A stretch of 32,000 bases of DNA from Horticoccus luteus (GCF_019464535.1 NZ_CP080507.1:2190001-2222000); one strand, 5' to 3'; shown: positions 1 to 8,650, numbered from the stretch's first letter. The notes: generated by a model not told the origin, from the letters alone. Numbers and translations are program-made.

Positions 1-68
1 CCACAGCAGTTCACGGTTTCGCCCTTCGCCCCGGCTCCTTTCCCCGCGCCCCATCACGCTTTCCGCGT

Positions 69-1040
69 TCACCCCGGCACCTCCACCGCGGCCACGATTT
101 GCCGCAACAACGCCGCGATCTGCCGCCGCTCTTCGAGCCCTTTTCCCACGTGCCGCGCCAGCGAAAGCCGATGCGCCAGCACCGGCCCCACGAGGTCCGC
201 CACATCCTCCGGCAGCACGAAGTCGCGCCCCCGCAACAGCGCCCGCGCCTGCGCCGCCGTGCGCAACGCCAGCCCTGCCCGCACGCTCGCCCCGATTTTC
301 AGCTCCGCCTCCGTGCGCGTCGCCGTCACCAGCCGCAGCACATAATCGAGCACCGATTCCTCGACGAACACCCGCCGCGTCATCGCCTGCAACTCCAGCA
401 CTTCTTCCCGCGAGAGCACGGGCGACACCGCGATTGCGTCATAGCTGGTCTGCGCCGTGCGCAGGATTTCCCGCTCCGCCTCCGGTTCCGGATAACCCAT
501 TTCCAGTCGCAATAAAAACCGGTCCATCTGGCTCTCCGGCAGCGGAAACGTGCCTTCGTAATCCACCGGATTCTGCGTGGCGAACACCATGAACGGCGCG
601 CCCACCGCATGCGCGCGTCCATCCACCGTCACGCGCGCACGGTCCATCACTTCGAGCAGCGCCGACTGCGTCTTCGGCGTGGCGCGGTTGATCTCGTCCG
701 CCAGCACGATGTTCGCAAACACCGGCCCCGGTTTGAACAAAAACTCCCGCGTCACCTCGTCGTAAATCGCCACGCCCGTCACATCCCCCGGCAGCAGATC
801 GCTCGTGAACTGGATGCGCGAAAACTCCCCGTCGATCGCCCGCGCCAACGCGTAGGCCAGCGTCGTTTTGCCCACGCCCGGCATGTCTTCGATCAACACA
901 TGCCCGCCCGCCAGCAACCCCACCAGCACCCGCTCGATCACGTCGTCCTTCCCTTTGATCGTCACGCGCATCGCCGTGCGCACCCGCGTGAGGGCACTCC
1001 GCGCCAACGCCACCTTTTCTGCCGGCAGAAAATCAGCCAT
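69..1040 (-). CDS. MoxR-family AAA+ ATPase
   Basis: ORF 69..1118 trimmed to the ATG at 1038-1040 (MADFLPAEK...). Walker A GVGKTT, LLPGDVTG, and Walker B/sensor VLADEINRATPKTQSALLEVM form a classic MoxR (AAA_3) signature. Confidence 0.9.
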   Translation of the reverse strand: MADFLPAEKVALARSALTRVRTAMRVTIKGKDDVIERVLVGLLAGGHVLIEDMPGVGKTTLAYALARAIDGEFSRIQFTSDLLPGDVTGVAIYDEVTREFLFKPGPVFANIVLADEINRATPKTQSALLEVMDRARVTVDGRAHAVGAPFMVFATQNPVDYEGTFPLPESQMDRFLLRLEMGYPEPEAEREILRTAQTSYDAIAVSPVLSREEVLELQAMTRRVFVEESVLDYVLRLVTATRTEAELKIGASVRAGLALRTAAQARALLRGRDFVLPEDVADLVGPVLAHRLSLARHVGKGLEERRQIAALLRQIVAAVEVPG

Positions 1041-1215
1041 GCCCGCGACGCTAACCTCCGCCCGCCGCGGTGCAAACGCCTTCACCCGCCACCGCGTTTC
1101 CTTTCCCCTGTTCCCCATCCTTCATCGCCGCAAACGCCCTCGCCGCCTGCCCGCGGCACGGTCTCACCGAAAAGATTCGCCCCGTGGCCATGCCCGCGCA
1201 AATAAGCCTCCCGCC

Positions 1216-2181
1216 ATGCCGCTCATCGACAAACCGCTGCCCGAACTCCTCCGCTATCAGGGCCTGAATCCCCGCCCCGCCGACTTCGACGCTTATTGGG
1301 CCGATGCCCTCCGCGAACTCGACGCCACCGATCCCCAGCCCGAACTCGTGCCCACCGCCGAGATCGCGCCCCGCCACAGCGAGGCCTTCGATCTGTGGTT
1401 CACCGGCGTCGGCGGCGCGCGCGTTTACGCGAAATACGTCCGCCCGAAAAAATCCCCCGGCCCCGGTCCCGCCGTCCTCCAATTTCACGGCTACTCCGGC
1501 AACGGCGGCGATTTCCTTTCCCGCCTCGCCTGGTCCGGTGAGGGCTTCTGCGTCGCCGCCATGGATTGCCGCGGCCAGGGCGGCCGCTCCCAGGATAGCG
1601 GCAGCGTGCACGGCCCCACGCTGCGCGGCCACATCGTGCGCGGACTCGACGATCCCGACCCGCGCAAACTCGCATTCCGCCAGATCTTTCTCGACACCGT
1701 CCAACTCGCACGCGTCGTCATGAACTTTCCCGAGGTCGATGCCGCCCGCGTCGGCGCGATGGGCGGTTCGCAAGGCGGCGCCCTCACGCTCGCGTGTGCC
1801 GCGCTCGAGCCACGCATCAAACGCGCCGCGCCGCTGTATCCGTTTCTCTGCGATTACCGCCGCGTCTGGGAGATGGATCTGGCCAAGGATGCCTACGAAG
1901 AACTCCGGATTTTCTTCCGCCAGTTCGATCCGCGCCACGAGCGCGTGGACGAGATTTTCACCAAGCTCGGTTACATCGACTGCCAGCACCTCGCGTCGCG
2001 CATCCAGGCGGAAGTCATCATGTACACCGGCCTGATGGACCCGATCTGCCCCCCGTCGTCGCAATTCGCCGCCTACAACAAAATCACGGCGAAGAAGTCG
2101 CACATCATCTATCCCGACTACGGCCACGAAACGCTCCCCGGCGAGACCGACCGCACCTTCAACTTCATGCTCGGCCTCTGA
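1216..2181 (+). CDS. CE7 acetyl xylan esterase / cephalosporin-C deacetylase family
   Basis: ORF 868..2181 trimmed to the ATG at 1216 (MPLIDKPLPELLRYQG...). All three CE7 signature motifs are present: RGQ (CRGQGG), GxSQG (GGSQGG) and HE (YGHE). Confidence 0.9.
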   Translation: MPLIDKPLPELLRYQGLNPRPADFDAYWADALRELDATDPQPELVPTAEIAPRHSEAFDLWFTGVGGARVYAKYVRPKKSPGPGPAVLQFHGYSGNGGDFLSRLAWSGEGFCVAAMDCRGQGGRSQDSGSVHGPTLRGHIVRGLDDPDPRKLAFRQIFLDTVQLARVVMNFPEVDAARVGAMGGSQGGALTLACAALEPRIKRAAPLYPFLCDYRRVWEMDLAKDAYEELRIFFRQFDPRHERVDEIFTKLGYIDCQHLASRIQAEVIMYTGLMDPICPPSSQFAAYNKITAKKSHIIYPDYGHETLPGETDRTFNFMLGL

Positions 2182-2213
2182 TCATTCCCCCTCTCGCCCC
2201 CCGAAATCGCGCT

Positions 2214-2243
2214 CTTAATCTTAATCATAATCGTAATCGTAAT
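2214..2243. repeat. Hexamer tandem tract (NNTAAT)x5: cttaat cttaat cataat cgtaat cgtaat
   Basis: Read directly downstream of the esterase stop. A related cttaatcgtgctcgtaatcg string recurs inside the GT4 CDS at about 7263-7285. Confidence 0.8.
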
Positions 2244-2392
2244 CGCCAACGCCTTCCCGCGTCGCGCCGCCCGCGCCGCCCGCCTCCGCCCGCGTAAATG
2301 GTAACAAATCACGAATAACGTTCCTCCGCGCACGAAGCCCGCCTCCTCTCTCGACTCGCCGCCCGCCGTCCCCCACGGTCCGGGTCCGCGCC

Positions 2393-3208
2393 ATGTATCA
2401 GAGCTTTTATGGGTTTACGGAGATGCCGTTCAACATCACTCCGGACCCCAAATTCCTCTTCCTCAGCCCCACGCACCAAGAGGCCCTGCAACACCTCAAG
2501 TTCGGCGTGCAGGAGAAAAAAGGCTTCATCGTGCTCGTCGGCGAAGTCGGTTGCGGCAAAACCACTCTCTGCCGCCGGTTCCTCAACGAGCTCGATCCCG
2601 CGCACTTCGATACCGCCCTCATCCTCAACCCCCGCGTCACCGAAACGCAGATGTTGAAGGCGATCCTCACCGAACTCGGCGAAAGCAAACTCGCCCGTTC
2701 CCAAGTCGACCTCGTCGCCCAGATCAACGGCGTGCTCCTCGACCGCATCGCGCAAGGCCGCGACATCGTCCTCATCATCGACGAAGCCCAGAACCTCCAC
2801 CCGGACGTCCTCGAGCAAATCCGCCTCCTCTCCAATCTTGAGACCGACAAACAGAAGCTCCTGCAAATCGTCCTCATGGGCCAGCCCGAGCTCAAGACGG
2901 TCCTCTCCCGCACGGAACTCCGCCAGCTCCGCCAGCGCATCCTCGTTCACTACGAGTTGAAACCGCTCACGCTGGGCGACGTACACGCCTACATCCAGCA
3001 CCGCCTCACCCTCGCCGGCACCAGTGGCCGCCCCACGTTTACCCCCTGGGCCCTGCGCGCGATCTTCCGGCACAGCGGCGGCATTCCTCGCCTCATCAAT
3101 CATCTTTGCGACAAAGCCCTCCTCGCCGCCTACGTGCGCGACTCCGACCTCGTCAACTACTGGGACGCCCGCCGCGCCATCCGCGACGTCCGCAGCCTCA
3201 CCACCTGA
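2393..3208 (+). CDS. ExeA/GspA-like AAA ATPase (PEP-CTERM-locus type secretion ATPase)
   Basis: The N-terminus MYQSFYGFTEMPFNITPDPKFLFLSPTHQEAL, Walker A GEVGCGKTT, Walker B IVLIIDEAQNL and the LVLMGQPEL motif are typical of ExeA/GspA and the TIGR03015-like subfamily. Confidence 0.85.
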   Translation: MYQSFYGFTEMPFNITPDPKFLFLSPTHQEALQHLKFGVQEKKGFIVLVGEVGCGKTTLCRRFLNELDPAHFDTALILNPRVTETQMLKAILTELGESKLARSQVDLVAQINGVLLDRIAQGRDIVLIIDEAQNLHPDVLEQIRLLSNLETDKQKLLQIVLMGQPELKTVLSRTELRQLRQRILVHYELKPLTLGDVHAYIQHRLTLAGTSGRPTFTPWALRAIFRHSGGIPRLINHLCDKALLAAYVRDSDLVNYWDARRAIRDVRSLTT

Positions 3209-3251
3209 ATCCCGCTCCTCCCCGCTTCGCGTTACTCCCTCCACGCCCCCG

Positions 3252-4157
3252 ATGAGCCTCATCAACGACGCCCTCAAAAAAGCGCAACGCCAGCGCGCCC
3301 CCGATGCCGCGGGTGGCTCCGGCGCGTCCCCGGCGGGCGGCGTCGTCGCGAAGCGCTCGCAACCCCTCGCCGCCAAGTGGATCGTCCTTCTCGCCCTCGG
3401 CGGCGTCGCCCTGATCGTCCTCGTCGCCGTGTCCGTGACTCTATTCATTTTAAGCGACACCCCCGCGCCGCGCGTCGCCGCCAACGCGCCATCCGCCGCC
3501 CATCGTCCCGCCACCCCCTCGGTCCCTTCCACGTCCGCCTCCGGCCCTTCGTCATCCGCCATCCGTCCTCCGTCATCCGTCGTCGGTCTCCAGCCCTCCG
3601 CTCTCACGCCCGCATCCCCAGACGCCGCGCAACCCACCTCCGCCGTCCCCGCGCCCAGCGAAAGCCCCGCCCCTCCTGCCGCCAGCACCCCGCGCCCCTC
3701 CGCCGAAACCGCCGCGGTCGCCTCTCCCCGGTCCGTTCCTCCCTCTTCCGCCCTCACTCCGCCTTCAACCGCCTCCCGCTCTCCGTCGTCTGCCGTCAGC
3801 CCTCCGCCCGCCACCGTCAGCGCCGCGCTTTCCGAGCCACCCGCAGTCACCGCCACCCCTTCCGCCGTCAGCCCCGCGTCCGCGACGCTCCGCCCGCCCG
3901 CTCACGACGTCCGCGACGCGCCCGCGGTGAGCTTCGCGATTCCGCATCCCGACGAACGCATCATTGCTTACGTTGATCACCTGCGGGTCACCGGCATCCG
4001 CTCCTCGGGCGCCGACAGCAAAGTGCTCATGAACGACCGCGTGTACCGTGTGGGCGACATCGTGGACCGCGACCTCCAGTTGAAACTCGTAAAAGTCGCC
4101 CCCGAGCTCCTCACCTTCGAAGACCCCCGCGGCCTGACCTACACAAAAAACTTCTAG
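3252..4157 (+). CDS. GspB-like single-pass membrane protein with long Pro/Ser/Ala-rich linker
   Basis: ORF 3024..4157 trimmed to the ATG at 3252 (MSLINDALKKAQRQR, a typical ExeA-partner N-terminus). It has a TM helix WIVLLALGGVALIVLVAVSVTLFIL, a low-complexity linker, and a C-terminal RVTGIRSSG...VLMNDRVYRVGDIV...LKLVKVAPELLTFED domain resembling GspB_C. It lies 43 nt after the exeA-like stop. Confidence 0.6.
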   Translation: MSLINDALKKAQRQRAPDAAGGSGASPAGGVVAKRSQPLAAKWIVLLALGGVALIVLVAVSVTLFILSDTPAPRVAANAPSAAHRPATPSVPSTSASGPSSSAIRPPSSVVGLQPSALTPASPDAAQPTSAVPAPSESPAPPAASTPRPSAETAAVASPRSVPPSSALTPPSTASRSPSSAVSPPPATVSAALSEPPAVTATPSAVSPASATLRPPAHDVRDAPAVSFAIPHPDERIIAYVDHLRVTGIRSSGADSKVLMNDRVYRVGDIVDRDLQLKLVKVAPELLTFEDPRGLTYTKNF

Positions 4158-4170
4158 CCCCCGGCTGAAG

Positions 4171-4768
4171 CGTTCGACTAACGAATAACGATTAACGAAT
4201 TTCGATTTACGCCCCACCCCGCCATTCGTGTCTGTTCGTGTCCATTCGTGGTTAAAACAGGAGCATTCTACAGAAGGTAACGAAGGTAAGGAAGAAGCGC
4301 TCGGCCACGTCCGTTCGACTCACGAATAACGAGTAACGAACACCGATTCACCCGTCTGCCCATCTGTGTCCATCTGTGGTTAAAGAAAATGCCTTTTCGA
4401 CCGTCGCCACAGCTCACCCCGCCATTCGTGTCTGTTCGTGTCCATTCGTGGTTAAAACAGGAGCATTCTACAGAAGGTAAAAACGGTAATGAAGAAGCGC
4501 TCGGCCACGTGCGTTCGACTCACGAATAACGAGTAACGAACACCGATTCACGCATCTGCCCCCATCCGTGTTCATCTGTGTCCATCTGTGGTTAAAAAAA
4601 CGCCTTTCCAATCCTCGCCACAGAGTAAATCCCATACCTCTCCTCGGTGGATGGATTAACGAATAACGGTTAACGAATTTCGATTTACGCTCCTCCCCAC
4701 CCATTCGTGTACGTTCGTGTTCATTCGTGGTTAAAAATACTCTCTCCGGAAATTCGCGCCTCTTCGCG
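4171..4768 (+). repeat. Composite mosaic repeat locus 1 (two 200-bp tandem units plus a partial third)
   Basis: 4215-4414 and 4415-4622 align base for base apart from one extra decamer. Modules are CATTCGTG x3 + GGTTAAAA, TACAGAAGGTAACGAAGGTAAGG..., CACGAATAACGAGTAACG..., and CATCTGTG x2 + GGTTAAA. A 52-mer at 4269-4320 is identical to 8291-8342. Confidence 0.9.
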
Positions 4769-4855
4769 TGATGAGCGGGCCGCCCTCCCGTCGCTCACCC
4801 CGCACAAGATTCTGGTTTCCAGTCTCCCGCGCCAGCCCCATCCTCCGCCGCCACC

Positions 4856-6361
4856 ATGTCCGCTCCTGCCGCCCGCCTTCCTCGCCTCGTGGGTCAGGAT
4901 GAAACCAAACTCATCCGGCTGCACCCCCTCGAAAAACTTCTCCTCGCGGTCGTCGCCGCGCAGTTGGTGTTCTTGCCCTGGGCCGTCGGCGGCATGCGGT
5001 TGTGGGCGCAGTTCATCAGCCTCGGACTCAGCGCCGCCAGCCTCGCGCTGGCGCTGATGCCTCGTCACTACACCGATGAACACACGGGCGGCGAGGCGTT
5101 CACCCTCTATCCGCTCCGCCGCCTGCTGCGCTTTCCCCTCTTCTGGACCGGCCTGGTGTTCGCCGGCTACATCGTCATCGGTGCGCTCAACCCCGGCTGG
5201 CGCTACGAACACGACGGCGGGCGCTGGTGGATGCGCGAGATCCCCCGCATTTCCTGGCTGCCCCATGGCGTCACCGGCACGCCCTTCGACTGGGCGAGCC
5301 CGTGGCGGACCCTCATCATCTTCGGCGCGGCATTCCTGCTCGTTTGTGCGCTCTGGGTCGGCATCACCCGCCGTCGCTCGCTCCAGCTCCTCCTCCTCAT
5401 CCTCTGTATCAACGCCGTCCTGGTCGCCCTGCTCGCCATTACCATGCGAGCCACCGGCGCAACGAAACTCTATTGGACGTGGCCCAGCGCCAATCTTCCC
5501 TATGGACCGTTCGTCTATCGCAACCACGCCTCCGCCTGGCTCAACCTCATGATTGGAGCGACGCTCGCGCTCTCCGCGCTCTTCCACGAGCGCGCTCAAC
5601 GTGTCATGGCAAAGTCGAGCCCTGCTCCCCTGATCGCATTCGTCGCGGTCTTCCTCGGTGTGGTGGTGGCGGTCAGCCAGTCGCGCGGCGGCTTTATCGC
5701 GCTGCTCGTCTTCCTCGCGGCCGCCCTGGCCCTCGCCGGCGTGCGCCAACTTCGGCACCGGAGCACCTCCCGCATGCTGGCGATCGCCGCGCTCTTGGGC
5801 GCCGGCTTTATCGGCTTCGTTGCGCTCTCCTTCGATAGCTGGGGCGGCGCGCAAGCGTGGCAACGCTTCACGCGACTCTTCGAAGACCGTGACTCGTCCG
5901 TGACATCCCGCGAGTTGGCCACCCAGGCCACCATGGACATGTGGCGCGAAGCCCCGTGGTCCGGCGATGGCGCCGCTTCCTTCCGCTACGTTTTCCCTCT
6001 CTACCAGCAGCATTACCCTGACATTTACCAGCATAAGTCCGGTCGACAGACTATTCGCCAAGTCTGGGAGTTTGCGCACAACGACTGGGCGCAGATGCTC
6101 GCCGAATACGGTGTCATTGGCACCGGCATCGCCATCGCAGCTATCGCTTGGTGGCTGCTGGCCCTCCTCCGTCTGCGAGCCTGGCGTTATGCTCCGTCGC
6201 TCCTGCTCGTCTTCGCGGTCGGCATGACGCTCTTACATGCCCGCGGCGACTTCGTCCTGCACAATCCCGCCGTGCTGCTGAGCTTTGTCGCCGTCGCCGT
6301 CGTATCGCTTCGCCTCGCCGAATTCGCTCACGCCAGCGCCCGCCGCACCCGCTCCGCTTGA
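4856..6361 (+). CDS. O-antigen ligase / Wzy_C-domain polytopic membrane protein
   Basis: It contains many hydrophobic helices, a periplasmic-loop region, and the motif EFAHNDWAQMLAEYGVIGTGI typical of the O-antigen ligase (Wzy_C) family. Confidence 0.8.
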   Translation: MSAPAARLPRLVGQDETKLIRLHPLEKLLLAVVAAQLVFLPWAVGGMRLWAQFISLGLSAASLALALMPRHYTDEHTGGEAFTLYPLRRLLRFPLFWTGLVFAGYIVIGALNPGWRYEHDGGRWWMREIPRISWLPHGVTGTPFDWASPWRTLIIFGAAFLLVCALWVGITRRRSLQLLLLILCINAVLVALLAITMRATGATKLYWTWPSANLPYGPFVYRNHASAWLNLMIGATLALSALFHERAQRVMAKSSPAPLIAFVAVFLGVVVAVSQSRGGFIALLVFLAAALALAGVRQLRHRSTSRMLAIAALLGAGFIGFVALSFDSWGGAQAWQRFTRLFEDRDSSVTSRELATQATMDMWREAPWSGDGAASFRYVFPLYQQHYPDIYQHKSGRQTIRQVWEFAHNDWAQMLAEYGVIGTGIAIAAIAWWLLALLRLRAWRYAPSLLLVFAVGMTLLHARGDFVLHNPAVLLSFVAVAVVSLRLAEFAHASARRTRSA

Positions 6362-6368
6362 GCCCCCA

Positions 6369-6401
6369 ACGCATCCGCCACCTCGTCGGCGCGATGCGTT
6401 C
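6369..6401. terminator. Putative bidirectional hairpin between convergent genes
   Basis: aacgcatccgcc (6369-6380) pairs with ggcgcgatgcgtt (6389-6401): an 8-bp perfect outer stem plus a 4-bp inner stem with one bulge. No strong T-run follows, so this is only a candidate. Confidence 0.35.
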
Positions 6402-6469
6402 ACCTCCCGTTTGATCCCTGCCCTGTAGGCGGGATGCCCTCACCCCGCATCCGTCCTGCGCGCTAGTCG

Positions 6470-7990
6470 CTACTGTCCGCCCCGTTCCCCGACCAACGCC
6501 CGCCAAGCCGCCACGTGCCGGCTAAAGGTGAATGCTTGCTCCGCCAGCGCGCGCGCCCTGCCGCCCCGCTCCGCCGCATCGTCCGGCTCTCGCGCCGCCC
6601 CCCGAATGATCTCCGCCGCGCTCGCCACGTCGCCGGCCGGCACCGCCCAGCCCAACCCGTGTTCGCGCACCAGCCGCGCGCCTTCCGCGTCGAGGTCGCC
6701 CGTGAGCAGCAACGGCCGCCCCGCCGCGAAAATATTATACATCCGGCTCGGCACCGAGATCCCCGCCATCCCGGCCCGAAACGGCACCAGCATCACGTCC
6801 GCCGCCGCCAGCCAGTCATTCAACTCCGCCGGCGGACACGGCGGCGCGAGACAAACATTCGCCGCCCCACCCAACGCCGCGTCGACCTCCGCCCGCCCCA
6901 CGCCGCCCGCGTAAATGAGAAACCGAATCGACGCATCGCCGCGCAACGCCCGGGCGAGCGCGATCACCAACGCCCCATCGTGCGTCCGCCCCAACGTGCC
7001 GCCCACGCCGACCACCGTCTTCCCCTGCAACCCCCAACGCGACGTCACCGGCGACGCCTCCTTGGCCACAGCCCGCAACCCATCGACGTCCCCCCAATTA
7101 GGAATCACCACGATCCGCCCTCCACCGCCTCCCGCCTTGCCTCGTCCTCCTTCGCTTAATCTCACTCGCCCCACCTCCGTCGCGGAAGCCGTGACGCTGT
7201 CGTCCTCCCTTCCTCTCTCGACCGCAAAACCCGCTCCCTCCCCATCCCTCATCTCGCTCTTACTCTTAATCGTGCTCGTAATCGTCCCTCCCGCCGCTCC
7301 ACCCGCCGCCAGTTTGCGCGCGATCACGTCGCGCATATCCCGCCCCAGCACGACGATCTCATCGGCCATTTTGTAGCCGCCGCTGAACCCGCGATCGAGC
7401 TGCCGCAGCAGCCATCCTGGCCGCAGCCAACCCACCGCCGCAAAAACATCCGGATACACATCGTGCACCAGCACGATCACCCGCGCCCCGCGCCTCCGCG
7501 CCGCCCACACCACCGGCCACGGCAGCAACCGCGGGCTGGTCACCACCACCACGACGTCGCCCTGACGCAGATGAGTGAACGCCGCCCGCGTATAAGCGAA
7601 AGTCGTCGTCAGCCAGTTCAGCCCGAGCAACCACGCCCGCGACTTCGGAAACGTCGTGGCCCGCACCCGTCGCACAAGCACCCCCGGCACCTCCCTCGCC
7701 GGCCTAACCCCGACCGCCCCCACCCTTCCCAATCGTTCTCGTTCTCTTTCTCCCTCGACCGAGAATCCCGTCCGATATCCCTCCGCTCGGCACTCTTCGC
7801 CCGTAGCGGACGCCTTCAGACTTTCGTCCGCCATTCGACCTCCGCGCTCTGCCATCCGTCCTCCGTCGTCCTCCATCCGCCCTCCGTCGTCCGCCGTCCG
7901 CTCCCGCGCCAACGCCGTCGCGAGCTCCGTCACGACGCGCCCCGTCGCATCGTCCGGCCGGGCAAACACATCGCAGAAGAACCAAAGCAT
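6470..7990 (-). CDS. GT4 glycosyltransferase (WcaI-like) carrying two in-frame repeat insertions
   Basis: It is homologous along its length to the in-window paralog 20649..21836 (VIPNWGDVDG vs VIPNWADVEF, PSRMYNIFAAGRPLL vs PSKTYYSMAAGSALL, RARALAEQAF vs RARALAESQF) but is 506 aa versus 395 aa. Confidence 0.8.
   Translation of the reverse strand: MLWFFCDVFARPDDATGRVVTELATALARERTADDGGRMEDDGGRMAERGGRMADESLKASATGEECRAEGYRTGFSVEGERERERLGRVGAVGVRPAREVPGVLVRRVRATTFPKSRAWLLGLNWLTTTFAYTRAAFTHLRQGDVVVVVTSPRLLPWPVVWAARRRGARVIVLVHDVYPDVFAAVGWLRPGWLLRQLDRGFSGGYKMADEIVVLGRDMRDVIARKLAAGGAAGGTITSTIKSKSEMRDGEGAGFAVERGREDDSVTASATEVGRVRLSEGGRGKAGGGGGRIVVIPNWGDVDGLRAVAKEASPVTSRWGLQGKTVVGVGGTLGRTHDGALVIALARALRGDASIRFLIYAGGVGRAEVDAALGGAANVCLAPPCPPAELNDWLAAADVMLVPFRAGMAGISVPSRMYNIFAAGRPLLLTGDLDAEGARLVREHGLGWAVPAGDVASAAEIIRGAAREPDDAAERGGRARALAEQAFTFSRHVAAWRALVGERGGQ
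7118..7310. repeat. Intragenic repeat-derived insertion 2 in GT4
   Basis: It encodes AAGGAAGGTITSTIKSKSEMRDGEGAGFAVERGREDDSVTASATEVGRVRLSEGGRGKAGGGGG between ...VIARKL and RIVVIPNWGD. The DNA contains a hexamer-like cttactcttaatcgtgctcgtaatcg and a ccgtgac motif also seen in spacers. Confidence 0.7.
7715..7905. repeat. Intragenic repeat-derived insertion 1 in GT4 (11 in-phase C-rich heptads at 7828-7904)
   Basis: The heptads read ccgccat tcgacct ccgcgct ctgccat ccgtcct ccgtcgt cctccat ccgccct ccgtcgt ccgccgt ccgctcc. On the minus strand they are translated as DDGGRME DDGGRMA ERGGRMA, a 21-bp = 7-aa period. Confidence 0.8.
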
Positions 7991-8094
7991 GTTCCAGAGA
8001 GCAGACGCCGCCCCGCGCCTGTAAACCCAATTATTTCCTCCAGCAAATCACGGAGTAGATCCAAGCACCACCCGTTCCGCCTGCCCCCCAGTCG

Positions 8095-8582
8095 CCCAAC
8101 CGCCCATCCGTGTTAATCCGTCTTCATCTGTGGTCAAAAATGCCTTTCGATCCTCTCCACAGAGTAAATCCCATTCCTCTCCTCGGTGGACGGATTAACG
8201 AATAACAGTTAACGAATTTCGAATTACGCTCCGCCCCACCCATTCGTGTCTATTCGTGTACATTCGTGGGTAAAAAAAATAAGAGTATTTTACAGAAGGT
8301 AACGAAGGTAAGGAAGAAGCGCTCGGCCACGTCCGTTCGACTAACGAATAGCGATCAACGAACACCGATTCACGCGTCTACCCCCCATCCGTGTTCATCT
8401 GTGGTCATCTGTGGTTAAAAAATGCCTTTCCGACCCTCGCCACAGAGTAAATCCCATTCCTCTCCTCGGTGGATGGATTAACGAATAACGGTTAACGAAT
8501 TTCGATTCACGTTTCTCCCCACTCATTCGTGTCCATTCGTGGTTAAAAATACTCTGCACCGGAAATTCGCGCCGCTTCGCGT
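8095..8582 (+). repeat. Composite mosaic repeat locus 2 (about 1.6 copies of a roughly 285-bp unit), same family and orientation as locus 1
   Basis: It has the same module order as 4171-4768 and shares the terminal module GGTTAAAAATACTCTnnnCCGGAAATTCGCGCCnCTTCGCG (8541-8581 vs 4729-4768). Confidence 0.9.
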
Positions 8583-8650
8583 AATTCGCAACAGGCCGTC
8601 CTTCCCTCCGCTTCCTCTGCGACGTCCTGTAAAATAGGCCTGCGCTCGGT

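Noticed and set aside
1-68. Possible 5-prime end of a downstream gene after moxR (DUF58-type genes commonly follow MoxR); an ATG at 52-54 on the minus strand stays open to the window edge
   Set aside because: Only 18 codons are visible (MGRGERSRGEGRNRELLW) and they carry no diagnostic motif, so a feature cannot be supported.
2309-3856. 515-aa ORF on the minus strand, the longest ORF in this part of the track
   Set aside because: It lies antisense to the well-supported ExeA-like and GspB-like genes. Its translation is low-complexity (runs of A/G/E/R) with no recognisable motif. This is typical of a shadow ORF in GC-rich DNA.
4375-4383. DnaA-box-like 9-mers TGTGGTTAA / TTAACCACA (8/9 match to TTATCCACA) recurring at 4375, 4587, about 8409 and 10686
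   Set aside because: They are part of the dispersed CATCTGTG+GGTTAAA module and are spread over several spacers. There is no dnaA/dnaN context or AT-rich unwinding element, so this is not an origin. DnaA titration is pure speculation.
4468-4704. Small ORFs lying wholly in repeat spacers (4468..4704, 10631..10837, 10655..10873, 14055..14249, 14189..14434, 15351..15533)
   Set aside because: Their translations are just the repeat modules read through (NHRWTQMNTDGG, VIRYSW, GGRRMADDGG). Frames and strands are inconsistent between copies, and there is no start context.
4721-6079. 452-aa minus-strand ORF
   Set aside because: It is antisense to the Wzy_C-motif membrane protein and has a charged low-complexity translation with no domain signature. 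The same reasoning applies to 1051..2127(-), 609..1205(+), 18431..19504(+), 24301..25257(+), 28735..29370(+) and 30169..31095(+).
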